Assembly: GCA_963808235.1 (NCBI GenBank)
Contig: CAWEEQ010000004.1
Coordinates: 3,616,001 to 3,680,000, forward strand
From: an uncultured delta proteobacterium
Lineage (GTDB): Bacteria; Desulfobacterota; Binatia; Binatales; Binataceae
DNA length: 64,000 nucleotides
Direction: 5' to 3'
Shown here one piece after another: positions 39,917 through 50,308 of this stretch. Below the pieces are notes generated by a model. That model was not told where the DNA came from. It saw only the letters and a program-made list of their open reading frames with translations, and did not search any database. Numbering within the stretch: the stretch's first letter is position 1; every line of letters starts with the position of its first letter. The translations under genes were made by a program, and so were the position numbers.

Positions 39917-40744
39917 TCAGCGGTCGGGATCGTTCTTCCATTCTTCGGGGTAGAGGAGGAGCAAGTCCTGGCCCAGGGCGCGGACGAGGAAGCGTTGGGT
40001 TTCGTTGATTGCGCGCTCGAGGGCGCGGCCGCCGATTAGCCAATGGCCGCGGCCGGCGATTTTCGCGATTTTTGCGCCGATTGATTCGGCGAACTTTGTC
40101 GTCTGGTCGAAGGGAGCGAAGATGTCGGACTCGCCGGCGACGATCAGGCGGGGGGCGGATTTCTCCGGCGGGGCGAGATCGATCGCGCCGTTGATAATGT
40201 CGGAGGCGACGCGGCCCGAATCGGGAAGCATCGATTTGATCAGGCCGTCGCGCGTGAAGGGATCGGAATCGGCGATCAGCTCGAAGAGAATCCTGCCGCG
40301 CGGGGGTTTGATCTCGCGGCCGCGCATAATCGCGAGCCGATTTGCGAATCCGGCAATCAGCGGAGTCCGAAAGCCGGGAATCAGCGGCGCGTATGCGACC
40401 GACGCCTTGACTCGCGGATGCGCCGATAATTTCAGCGCGACCAATCCGCCGACGCCGTGTCCGAGGACGACTGCGTCACGGCCCAGCGCGTCGATCGCTT
40501 CGCTCGCGAGCGCGACCAGATCGGCGAACTGAAGGTTGGCGAGCGGAGGCGTCGCGCCCATCCCGAATGCGGCGCGGAGATCAGGCACATAGACTTCCCA
40601 TCCTATGGACCCGAGATATCCGAGCACGATCGCGAGGTGGCGCGGGGTGGTGAAGAGTTCGGGGAGGAGAATTATCGGCGCGGCGAATTTGATTGGCTCG
40701 GGGCGCTCGCAAGTTGTGGGGAAGCGGCCGAGCTCGATGTCCAT
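39917..40744 (-). CDS. Alpha/beta-hydrolase-fold protein lacking the nucleophile Ser
   Basis: GWEVYVPDLR, VLGHGVGGLVA, AGESD, GRGHW. Confidence 0.8.
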   Translation of the reverse strand: MDIELGRFPTTCERPEPIKFAAPIILLPELFTTPRHLAIVLGYLGSIGWEVYVPDLRAAFGMGATPPLANLQFADLVALASEAIDALGRDAVVLGHGVGGLVALKLSAHPRVKASVAYAPLIPGFRTPLIAGFANRLAIMRGREIKPPRGRILFELIADSDPFTRDGLIKSMLPDSGRVASDIINGAIDLAPPEKSAPRLIVAGESDIFAPFDQTTKFAESIGAKIAKIAGRGHWLIGGRALERAINETQRFLVRALGQDLLLLYPEEWKNDPDR

Positions 40745-40814
40745 GGTGAGGTTGAGCTTAGCGAAAGTTATCGGTGATGTGGATTCGGTGGCGTGCGGAG
40801 AATTTTGATGTGGA

Positions 40815-40867
40815 CCCTCACCCGCCGCTCAAGGTCTCGCGTCGACCTCTCCCTGTCAGGGAGAGGC
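40815..40867 (+). repeat. REP-like dispersed repeat
   Basis: ccctcacccgccgctc...gtcgacctctccctgtcagggagaggc, ending in a palindrome. Confidence 0.8.
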
Positions 40868-40973
40868 GATTCACACGAAATGCGGGCGCGGATTCCAGTT
40901 GCTTAAAGAGCTCGCTCGCGTCTAGCATCCGCGGCACCCGCGATCTCACCGTATGTGCATCTTGGAGGAGTCG

Positions 40974-41714
40974 ATGAACGAATTGGCAGCCTTTCGAGCC
41001 GCCCTGCTTGGCGCGGCTTTGATCCTTGTTCCCGCCACGGCCAGCTACGCCAAGGCACCCTTTCCCGGTGCGAAATGTGTTTCGACTTCGGGCACAACGA
41101 CCAACCCGGGACCGGATGGCAGCGAATGCTCGGCGGACTCCGATGGCAGTAAGGGCTCAAAGGCTGTTGCAAAGGCAACTGGCAATGGCGCCGACGCGCA
41201 AGCGTCCGTCACTGTCGGTGGCCTGGCCAAGTCGACCGCATTGGACGGTTCCGCCGCGGACACCGAAGCGGACGGGACGGGCTCGGCAATCTCTCACGCA
41301 ACCGGCGCCGGATCGTTTGCCGATTCCAATATTTCCGAGAGCGGCATCGGAATAAGTACGGCTAGTTCCGGCGGTGACTCCGGCGCCAACGCCAGGAGCA
41401 ACTGCAAATCCACTGCGACCGCTTCCAACAATGGAACGTCCATCAATGGATGCTTTCGACCTGGATCAGTGTCAGAAAGCAGCGCCGACGGCGGAACGGC
41501 TGGAACCTCATCCGAAGGAAACAACTGTAGAACCAAGGCGACCTCGTCCGGAGACGGCTCTGACGCGGAAGCCACCTGCATCAACAAGAACACGAAGGTG
41601 ATCGCAGTGGCCACCGGCGGCGGCATCGCGATGGGCTTCGACTATCAAGCGCCCGTCTGCACGCCCAACGGCGGCACCGCGATGGTGAAAAGCCCGATGG
41701 GAAACTGTCCCTGA
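40974..41714 (+). CDS. Secreted Gly/Ser/Ala/Thr-rich repeat protein with paired Cys
   Basis: GGAGGAG RBS, signal peptide, recurring A-x-A-T/S-G-x-G-S/A-x-A units. Confidence 0.8.
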   Translation: MNELAAFRAALLGAALILVPATASYAKAPFPGAKCVSTSGTTTNPGPDGSECSADSDGSKGSKAVAKATGNGADAQASVTVGGLAKSTALDGSAADTEADGTGSAISHATGAGSFADSNISESGIGISTASSGGDSGANARSNCKSTATASNNGTSINGCFRPGSVSESSADGGTAGTSSEGNNCRTKATSSGDGSDAEATCINKNTKVIAVATGGGIAMGFDYQAPVCTPNGGTAMVKSPMGNCP

Positions 41715-41760
41715 GGTTCCACAGATTCGGCTTCTGCGCGAATTCAGCTCGCGTCGCGCG

Positions 41761-41809
41761 CCCTCACCCGACGCTTCGCGTCGACCTCTCCCTGTCAGGG
41801 CGAGGCTAT
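41761..41809 (+). repeat. REP-like dispersed repeat
   Basis: ccctcacccgacgcttcgcgtcgacctctccctgtcagggcgaggctat; the last 17 nt recur at 44246-44262. Confidence 0.8.
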
Positions 41810-41820
41810 TCGGAGCGTCG

Positions 41821-42042
41821 TCATCCGTGACTCTTTGGCATCCATCCCATATCGAACCACACAAGGGTCGAAATCATAAAGATGGTAGTCAGGATTAGGC
41901 AACGGAGCAGGATCGACCGAAACCACTCCGCAATCCGGCGCGGACGACCATGATAGTAGGGGAATCGGCTGATGCTCTCGAAGACGACCGCGAGCACGTA
42001 AACGATTACGAACATTTTAACAAAAGTGCCTAACGTCATCAT
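41821..42042 (-). CDS. Small 2-TM hypothetical protein
   Basis: 73 aa with two hydrophobic helices; directly downstream of the oxidoreductase. Confidence 0.45.
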   Translation of the reverse strand: MMTLGTFVKMFVIVYVLAVVFESISRFPYYHGRPRRIAEWFRSILLRCLILTTIFMISTLVWFDMGWMPKSHG

Positions 42043-42052
42043 CGACCTGCTG

Positions 42053-43319
42053 TCAGGCGGGGCGGGAGGCGGTCGCCATCAGGCGGGCGAATTTGAATGA
42101 GGGGAATTTGCCGCGCGGGGTTACCATTTGCGCGAAGCGGATCATTTCGTCGGCGGCCCATCGCTCGCGGTTGGCGGCGCGATGCGCGGCGCGGGTGCTC
42201 TTGTCGAGGGCGAGTACTCGCGAGACCTTCACGCTTGCGTTGTAGAACTGCAGCAGTTCCGCGTCGCGGCGCTCGGTGTAATTGGCGAGTGTGGCGGCTG
42301 GGATCGCGTTGCCGGTTGCAGCTCGAGAACCAATTCGGCGCGAGGTCGGCGACGATCGCCGCGCTCATCAGGGCGAGCGAATGGCCCTGGCCGAAGAGCG
42401 GATCGACGTGCAGGCCGGCGTCGCCGAGCAGGAGCGCGCCTGTGGTCACGGGATCGCGATAAGTGTTCTGAAGTAGTCCCGATGAAAATACTTTGCCTAC
42501 CATCGTTGCGCCCTCGAGCATCTTGCCGACTGCGAAGGAGCGATCGAGATAGCGGCGCAGATTGGACGGCAGGTCAGTGCGAAAGGAATGCATCTCGGCG
42601 GCGTCGAATGCGGTCGCGGCCACGGTGAGTCCGTTCTCGCATCGACAGACCAGATTGCCTTCGCCGCTCGGCCCGGATTCGAATTCAGTGACGACTTCGT
42701 CGCCGAGGCGCGCGCGATCGACGCCTTCGAAGTATGCGTAGTAATAGGCGCGCGAGCAGGGGACGTCGATCCGCGCGAATGCGCCGGTTCGATCCGATGC
42801 GAGCTGCGCGACCGAACTGCGCATCCCGTCGGCGCCGATCGTCAGCGGTGCGTGGAACTCGTGTGCGCCGAGTGCATCTTCGCCGCGGATGCCGACGATG
42901 GCGCCATTTTCGATTACAAGATCGGTGAGTCGGAAGCGCTCGCGAAAGGAAACGTTTTCGAAACTTCGGGCCGCGTCGATCATCGCGGAGTCCATCAGCA
43001 CGCGGCCGAGGCATAGTCCGCGATGGTCGGCGTCAGCATGCACGAGATCGCCGCCGTAATCGAAGTCCGGACCGATCGAGCGCATCCGGGCGAAGCGCAC
43101 ACCGCCGAGCCGCTCGAGCGTGTCGAGCACGCCCATCTTCGCGAGCACCATCGTTCCACCGCCGAGGACGATATGCGTCGAGAGGCGGTCGGATGGGAAC
43201 TGATCTTTGTCGACGAGCAGGACGCGGCGGCCGTCGCGGGCGAGAAAAATCGCGGCGGCGCTTCCGGCGACGCGCGCGCCGACGATTATCGCGTCGAAAG
43301 TTTTTGCTCGGTCGGGCAT
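42053..43319 (-). CDS. FAD-dependent oxidoreductase (geranylgeranyl reductase/FixC-like), frameshifted near 42320
   Basis: IVGARVAGS, IGADGMRS, LLGDAGLHVDPLFGQG; shifted frame continues ATLANYTERRDAELLQFY. Confidence 0.85.
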
Positions 43320-43390
43320 AGAGGCCGAAGTTCTCGGAGCATCGAAAACGCTATCACGCGGCGCCGGTGAGGGCGCAAGTGAGCGCGCCA

Positions 43391-43424
43391 GAAAGGAAAG
43401 AGCCCCCTCTTTCGAGGGGGCTCT
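43391..43424 (-). terminator. Intrinsic terminator
   Basis: AGAGCCCCCTC-GAAA-GAGGGGGCTCT followed by TTCCTTTC. Confidence 0.8.
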
Positions 43425-43530
43425 CCCGTGTTGCGAGGCCATTTTGCGCCTCGGCTTAATTCCAGCAGCAGATCCTGGCAGCCTTAGCCAGCCTCCGGGG
43501 TATTAGCCCGAAGGTAAACTCGTTAAGTGG

Positions 43531-43635
43531 TTACTTCTTTTTGGTCTTCTTCGCCGCTTTCTTCTTCTTCATATTGCTCTTTCTCATAGGTTTGGACTTG
43601 GTGGCCTTTTTGGCCCTTCGCTTCTTTACTGGCAT
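43531..43635 (-). CDS. 34-aa Lys/Arg-rich peptide (histone-tail/protamine-like), not in ORF track
   Basis: MPVKKRRAKKATKSKPMRKSNMKKKKAAKKTKKK*; GGAGG RBS at 43641-43645. Confidence 0.8.
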   Translation of the reverse strand: MPVKKRRAKKATKSKPMRKSNMKKKKAAKKTKKK

Positions 43636-43716
43636 AGGTACCTCCGCTTCCTAGGCTGCTGCTGGACAAGCTCCCTTTCTAATAAGTGAGGATCGGTTCC
43701 CCACGAGTTCGAGGCG

Positions 43717-43745
43717 ACTATATAAATATGTTATTCGCAGATCAA
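43717..43745 (-). promoter_or_regulatory. Sigma70 promoter for the Lys-rich peptide transcript
   Basis: TTGATC-N17-TATAGT with an AT-rich region upstream. Confidence 0.75.
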
Positions 43746-43872
43746 GGCCTTGCAGTGAGATTTATAAACAAATTTTAAAGTCGGAAAAATAGAATTAGAT
43801 CAGACCGTTTCCAGTCTTTAGAATATCGTTCACAATTAGATGCCTTGAAAGATCACCGGTGCTTGAATTACG

Positions 43873-44190
43873 ATGGCCCGGATGACGAGGTTAAGCTTTT
43901 TAATCCGCCGGGAATGGCTCAGCCTAATCTTCGCCGGCGTGCTCGTGATGCTGCTATTAAGCGCGCTGATGGGCAGGCTGGGCCCGCGCGACCTGATCGC
44001 GCTCCAACAGCATCGCGCGGCGCTGGAGGCTCGGCGCGGCGGGCTTGAGGCCGAAAACGCCTCGTTCAGAACAGAGATTCAGAAGCTTCGTTCAGACGAT
44101 CGTTATCTCGAACGGCTGATTCGGCGCGAGCTTGGATATGCGCGGGCGGACGAGCTGGTTTACAAGTTCAGCGACGATAATCAGCGCTGA
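43873..44190 (+). CDS. Septum formation initiator (FtsB/DivIC family)
   Basis: TM, coiled coil, DDRYLERLIRRELGYARADELVY. Confidence 0.85.
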   Translation: MARMTRLSFLIRREWLSLIFAGVLVMLLLSALMGRLGPRDLIALQQHRAALEARRGGLEAENASFRTEIQKLRSDDRYLERLIRRELGYARADELVYKFSDDNQR

Positions 44191-44262
44191 CGTCACACAA
44201 AAATTTCCTATTCGCAAAAATCTGTTGCGCGCGCTCTGCTGTAAATGTCAGGGCGAGGCTAT

Positions 44263-45597
44263 CTAGAAAATCGCCTTTCCGATCAGGCGATAGTCGCGGG
44301 CCTGGCGCTCGAGGTCGTCGCGGAAATCGGGATGCGCGATCGAGATCAGCGCGCGTGCCCGTTCGGGTACCGACTTGCCTTTGAGGTTCACGATTCCGTA
44401 CTCGGTCACGACGTACATCACGTCGGTGCGCGGGGTGGTGATGATATTGCATTCGTCGATACGGGCGACGATGCGGCTCGCGCGGTGCGTATCGCGCTCG
44501 TAGGTCGACGCAAGGCAGATGAATGACTTGCCCTCGCGCGCGGCGTATGCCCCGCGCACGAACTGCAGTTGTCCGCCGGTGCCGCTGATTTGCCGGATGC
44601 CGGCCGACTCGGAGCACGCTTGCCCGGTGAGATCGATTTGCGCGGCGTTGCAGATCGAAATGACGCGATCGTTTTGCATGATGTGATTCGGCAGATTGGT
44701 GTAGTCGACCGGGCCAGCGAAGCACGCTGCGTTGCGATCGAGAAAGTCGTACATCCGTTTCGAGCCCGCCGCGAAGGTGTACGCCATCTGGTAACGGTTG
44801 GTCTGTTTGTGCGCGCCGGTCACTTTGCCGGCCTCGAAGAGGGTGACGAGCGAGTCGACGAACATCTCGGTATGCACGCCGAGATCTTTTATCGGCGAGG
44901 TCGCGAGCAACTCGCAGACCGCATTGGGCATCGCGCCGATTCCAATCTGGATGCATGCGCCGCTCGGGATTTCAGGCGCGATCAGCTCGGCGACTTTCTG
45001 GTCGACAGGATTCGCGGGCGGATTTTTCAACTCCGGCATCGCGGTTCCGCCGCCCTCGAGAACTCCATGCACATCGCCGATATGCACCGCGTTCTCGATT
45101 CCGAAAACGTAGGGCATCGCAGGGTCGGTCTCGACGATCACGGTCTTGGCCTTCTCGGTGATCGCCTTGTGATAGGTGACGGCGGGGCCGAAATTAAAAA
45201 ATCCGTGCGGGTCCATCGGCGCGGTCTTGAGCACCGCTACATCGACGTCGACAAAGCGGCGGTAGTAGTCGGGCGCCTCACCGAAGTTCATCGGGATGTG
45301 ATGGGCGAGATCGCGATCGTGCATCTTTCGATCGAGTCCGGAGAAGTACCAAGACATATAGACGAGATGACGCGACTCGGGATCGGCGTCGACCGCGGCG
45401 CGCGGGCGCATCGCGAGGCATCCGCGGATTTTCACGCGCTCGAGCCGCGCGACTTGCCCGGCGAGAGCGCGATCGAACAGGTCGGGCTGTCCAAGGCCGA
45501 ATCCGTACTCGACCCAATCGCCTGACTTCACCTTGGCCGCGGCCGCGTCGGCGCTCAGCAGCTTGCGCTTAAGTTCGCCATCGAAAGATGTCTGCAT
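44263..45597 (-). CDS. Acetyl-CoA hydrolase/transferase (4-hydroxybutyrate CoA-transferase-like)
   Basis: IQIGIGAMP, LGVHTEM, ISGTGGQLQF, VVTEYG, IAHPDFR. Confidence 0.92.
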   Translation of the reverse strand: MQTSFDGELKRKLLSADAAAAKVKSGDWVEYGFGLGQPDLFDRALAGQVARLERVKIRGCLAMRPRAAVDADPESRHLVYMSWYFSGLDRKMHDRDLAHHIPMNFGEAPDYYRRFVDVDVAVLKTAPMDPHGFFNFGPAVTYHKAITEKAKTVIVETDPAMPYVFGIENAVHIGDVHGVLEGGGTAMPELKNPPANPVDQKVAELIAPEIPSGACIQIGIGAMPNAVCELLATSPIKDLGVHTEMFVDSLVTLFEAGKVTGAHKQTNRYQMAYTFAAGSKRMYDFLDRNAACFAGPVDYTNLPNHIMQNDRVISICNAAQIDLTGQACSESAGIRQISGTGGQLQFVRGAYAAREGKSFICLASTYERDTHRASRIVARIDECNIITTPRTDVMYVVTEYGIVNLKGKSVPERARALISIAHPDFRDDLERQARDYRLIGKAIF

Positions 45598-45829
45598 CTG
45601 GATAATTCCTTAACCGCCGGGGCCGGCCCCGGCATCAATTTCACGAAAAAAGATATCAGAATTCCCGAAACCTGACGCAGGTCAGCCGGGGCCATTGCGC
45701 CGCGTCCAAGACAGGAGAATACGCGTTCAGGCAAGTTACAATTTGTTTTGCGGGGTATTGAAGCGCTTGAGTCATAAGCCGACAGTGGATTGTGTTTTCA
45801 ACCTTTCAAGGTCGGTGAAGGGAGAGACG

Positions 45830-46258
45830 ATGAACGCGTTACGAGGCTTCGTACTGGCACTGCATATCTTCGGCGCGATTTTCTGGATGGGCGGGCTATT
45901 GATGATCGCGAGCCTGCTGGCGCGGGTGCCGGACGAAGTGGGACTTCCGAGGGAGCGCTTTCTGGGCGCGGCACGCGGACTATTTGAAGTAGGCACCAAT
46001 GTCGGCGCGGCAGTAACGCTGCTTTTCGGAATCATTCTGATCGTGATGGAGCCGGAGCTGTGGCATCAGGGATGGTTGGCGGCCAAGCTGTTGCTGGTCG
46101 CGGTGCTGCTGTTTTATCACGTCCGGTTTTATCGGCGGATCATGTTCCTGGAGAACAACCCGAGCCATTCGTCGCGGCGCGAGTTCCAGGTTATTCACGG
46201 GATGGTGAGCCTGCTGCTGTTCGCGATTCTGCTCCTCGCCGTGATGAAACCGTTCTAG
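45830..46258 (+). CDS. CopD/HemJ-family membrane protein
   Basis: LALHIFGAIFWMGGL, GWLAAKL, AVMKPF. Confidence 0.8.
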   Translation: MNALRGFVLALHIFGAIFWMGGLLMIASLLARVPDEVGLPRERFLGAARGLFEVGTNVGAAVTLLFGIILIVMEPELWHQGWLAAKLLLVAVLLFYHVRFYRRIMFLENNPSHSSRREFQVIHGMVSLLLFAILLLAVMKPF

Positions 46259-46295
46259 GGCCTCTCCCCGTCAGCAGGGAGAGGCTGGAAGCGGA

Positions 46296-48486
46296 TCATT
46301 TTCCTTTTCCTTTCAGCGGAATCATCTGAGTCCCATGTACCGTATCGTCAAGAATCGTGACTGCATCGGTCTGCAGACCCTTTGCGATCGGTTGAAATCC
46401 CATCTTGAGCTTGCATGTTTTCTTTGGGAGCAACTGGGGGCCGCAGGTCGAGGAGAAGAACCCGAATATCTGCGGGTTGGTCTGCGGCACCGTAATTGAA
46501 AAGAAAGTTATCGGCGGTCCCGAGGTGGCGGTATTCAGGAGCGTGACTGTTACCTTCGGCGACGAATGGCCAACCTTCACCCCGTGGAAATTTACCGATG
46601 TCGGCGTGATTTTGAGTACGTCGGGATTGGGAGTCGGTGTCGAGGTTGGCGTCTGCGTCGGCGTCACAGTTGGGGTCGGAGTCGCGCCTGAAATGGCCAC
46701 GGTCACGTCCACGGATGCGGACTCGATACCGTTTGCGACCACGACCAGGGTGCTCGCGCCGAGCTCGATGCCGCCCGGCACGTCGAATTCAGTGGAGACC
46801 GTCGCATTGCCGGTCGCGACCGCCATGGTGCTGTGATTGTGCGTGCGGGCATAGAAGACGTGCCCGGTGCCATTGTTGGTGATTCGCACCAATGGATAGT
46901 TGGTGGCGCCCTGGTAATCGTCTCCGTAGCTGACCGCTTGCGACAGGCCGTTGAACTGCGTGCCGCTGATAGGATTGTTCGTGCCGCCCGGGCTTATCGT
47001 GGATGGGAAAGTGGCGATAGTCGGCGCCCATGCCGCGTTCGGACTTCCTGAAGGCGTGTAGATTTCGATATCAGTTGACGAATCGTCGGTGCGAAGAATC
47101 TGTCCAGTCGGGAGTACCAGCAAACGCTCAACAAACGACGGGAGTTCTGACGCGGTCGCCGGCGCATTCACCCGAGTCAGGTTGGTTCCATCGAACTCGA
47201 AGTACTCGGTCGGCGTGATCCATCCGCAATTGGCGTCGATCGGACTAGCTGCAAGAAGCACGTTGCCGTCGGGAAGCAGCGCCGCCGGAGCATCGGCCAT
47301 CGCCAATTGTTCTATCGTGCCGGGAGAGACGCAAGCATCGAAATCCGAAATAGTCGGAAAGCTGGGACCGCTGGCCCAGGTGCCTGCGCCGACATTGTAG
47401 ACGTCGTTGAAGCCGGTACCGCCGGCGGCAAAGACGGTGCCGTCAGGACGCAATATCGCTGGTCCTATTTCAAAATACTGGGTTCCCCCTTTGCTGAGGA
47501 GAACAAGCGGGATCCGGTGCCGTTCCTGCGCTGCTCCATGCCTTCGTGGAGGAATTGTAAGTAAGGGCTGGAGTATGGACATTGTCATTCGAGTTCCAAA
47601 CCTCGAGGGTCAGAACGGTGCCGTTAGGCAGCAACTCCCATCCTTCCTCGTCATTGATGGTGTCGGCGGACTTGCCGGTGGGAGTGAAGGGACTATTGAA
47701 GGTCGGAGGATTGGTGCTGGTATTTAATGTTGCGAGATCGACTGTGCTGTTGCCTGAGTTGGCGGGATTGAACGGCCTTGCGATCATGAAGGTTCCGTTC
47801 GGCAGAACAACGGACTGCGCGTCGCCGATCTGTTTCCATCCGGTCGGCGCAGAAATGCAGGTCCAACTGTTTGCGACCGGATCATAGATGGCGCCCTGAT
47901 CGGTCCAGACCTCAGAGCCACTGTTCGGGACATAATGGTAGTCGTAATTGTATTCGCCGCCGATCATGACGAACCGGCCGTCGGGCAGCACTGCCGAGCC
48001 GTAGTAAAGGGGAGAATAAACCGTGTCCGCCGACTCGCCCGTATAACCGTTGGGGCAATCTGACGGCGCCGACACCTCGGTCCAGGTTCCATTGATATAA
48101 CTGCCGGTATTGTCGGGGGTAAGAGTCCACCAGGCGACGTTGGTCATGGTGCCATCCTGGACCAGAACTCTGCCGTCGGTCAGCAGGAATACGCCGGCGG
48201 GATCGAATGACGGCGTATTATTCAATGGCGTCCAGGTCCCGGACGTTATTGTTGGAGGTTCCGTCAGTGCGGACGCGGAAGCCGCGCGCGGGATCGGGCT
48301 CCGCGAATGACGCAACGGGCCCCCTGGAGTCATCGCGGGCCGCGGCGGAGGGGGAAGCTCGTCTATCGAGCCACCTGGCGACGAGGCCATGGGTGCGCTC
48401 AGAATGGTAATGCCGAGCAGTCCCGATACGATCGCGAATAAAATCGCGAGCGCAGCAATTCGCCTCTTAGCACGCGCTACATTCAT
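46296..48486 (-). CDS. Secreted kelch-like beta-propeller with PT linker and C-terminal Ig-like domain, frameshifted near 47510
   Basis: LLTDGRVLV, VLPDGRFVMIGGEY, DEEGWELLPNG, YGDDYQGATNYPLVRI, TPTPT linker; the two ORFs join by removing one C. Confidence 0.8.
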
Positions 48487-48699
48487 GTACCAAAATCTCC
48501 CCCGAGTGCATCGAATCTCAGTAGTGTGGCATAGCCAAATTAACCAATAAAGCGATCTCGCACCATTCCAGCACTAAAATCGACTTCCATTGGGTAATTG
48601 GGTGAAATAAGCAGCACTGACTGCTTATATGGGGCCTACGTACACCGGTCAAATGCGACCGGGATGGGAGGACGGTCGGCGGTCAGGAACCCTGGCGCC

Positions 48700-49477
48700 T
48701 CAGAAGTGATCTTTGAGCTGGCGGGTCTTCGCGAAGATGGCGACCGGATCGTCGCCGACGCCGGGATCGCGCTTTTTCAGATTGGCGCGCAGCTCGGCGC
48801 TGTCGGTTCTGAGAAACGGATTGGTCTTTTTCTCATCGCCAATCGTGGACGGCACGGTGAACTTGCCGGCGGCTCGTGTCTTCACGCTCCACTCATGTCT
48901 GGCTTTCAGAGCCTGGTTGCCGGGCTCGAGGCTGAGCGCAAAGCGGAGATTTTTTTCAGTGTATTCGTGCCCGCAATAGACTTGGGTATTTTCCGGCAGC
49001 GACGCGAGTTTTTTCAGCGACGCGACCATCGTGGCGGCGTTGCCCTCGAACACTCGGCCGCATCCGCCGATGAACATCGTGTCGCCAGTGAAGACGGCGC
49101 TCGAGCGTGGGAAAATAATAAGCGACGTGGCCGTTGGTATGCGCCGGGATTCCGATCACGCGGCCCTCGAGCGCGCCGATTCGGACCTGCTCTCCGTCGG
49201 CGACGGGATTGGTCAAGGCGGGAATCCGGCCGCCCTCGGCGCGGGCGCCATAGATTTTTATGCCGGGAATTTTTGCCGCGATGTCCTCGTTGCCGCCGGA
49301 GTGATCGCCGTGCCAGTGCGTAGTCAGCACAGCGACGATTTTTGCGCCGTGAGATTTGGCCGCTGCGATGACCGCGTCGGCCTCGGCGCAATCGACGACG
49401 CCGCACTCTTTGGAGGCGTCGTCGATGATGAGATAGGCGTAGTTGTCGGATAGCTGCGGTACGGTGATTATTGCCAT
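48700..49477 (-). CDS. gloB: Hydroxyacylglutathione hydrolase (glyoxalase II), frameshifted near 49102
   Basis: DNYAY, THWHGDHSGGN, AHTNGH; shifted frame FTGDTMFIGGCGRVFEG, YCGHEYT, TNPFLR. Confidence 0.9.
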
Positions 49478-49504
49478 CGCGATACTCCTTTCAGGATGCT
49501 CGCG

Positions 49505-50278
49505 TCACAAGCCGACGATGTTGTAGCCGACGTCCACGTATATCGTCTGGCCGGTGACGCCGCTGGACAAGTCGCTCAGAATCGCGGCGGCCATGGTGCC
49601 GACTTCCTCGGTCTTGATACCGCGGCGCATCGGCGAGCGCGCCTCGACTTCGTGCGCCATGCTGTGAAAATCGCGAATCGCCGACGAGGAGAGGGTTCGC
49701 GCAGGGCCGGCGCTGATCGCATTGACGCGGATATTCTTGCTCCCCAGATCGATCGACAGGTAGCGCACGCAGGCTTCCAGAGCCGCCTTGGCGATACCCA
49801 TCATGTTGTAGTTGGGAATCGCGCGAACCGCCCCGAGATAGCTGAGGGTCAGGATCGAGCCTCCGCCGCGCGCTTCCATCAGGGGCTCCGCGGCGCGCGC
49901 GAGCGCGACCAGCGAGTAGGCGCTTATCTCCATCGACTTCGCAAAGTTGGCGCGGCTCACGGTCAGAAATCGATCGCGGAGATCCTCGCGCTCGGCGAAT
50001 GCGACCGCATGGACGAGCAGATCGAGTCCGCCCCATTTTTCCTTGAGCTTCGAAAACACCGACTCGATCTGCGCGTCGTTGGTCACGTCGAGCTCGCCGA
50101 TTACCGAGGCCTCGATTTGCGCGGCGAGCGGACGGACGCGTTTTTCCAGTATCTCGCCCTGGTAAGTGAACGCCAGCTCCGCGCCCTCGGCCGCGAGCGC
50201 CTGCGCGATAGACCATGCGAGGCTCTTCTCGTTTGCGACGCCGACTACCAGCGCCCGCTTGCCCGCTAAGATACCCAT
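49505..50278 (-). CDS. fabI: Enoyl-ACP reductase
   Basis: GVANEKSLAW, ISAYSL, YNMMGIAKAALE, NAISAGP. Confidence 0.96.
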   Translation of the reverse strand: MGILAGKRALVVGVANEKSLAWSIAQALAAEGAELAFTYQGEILEKRVRPLAAQIEASVIGELDVTNDAQIESVFSKLKEKWGGLDLLVHAVAFAEREDLRDRFLTVSRANFAKSMEISAYSLVALARAAEPLMEARGGGSILTLSYLGAVRAIPNYNMMGIAKAALEACVRYLSIDLGSKNIRVNAISAGPARTLSSSAIRDFHSMAHEVEARSPMRRGIKTEEVGTMAAAILSDLSSGVTGQTIYVDVGYNIVGL

Positions 50279-50308
50279 GCGAATTATTTTCCTGGTTGAC
50301 TTGTGGAA

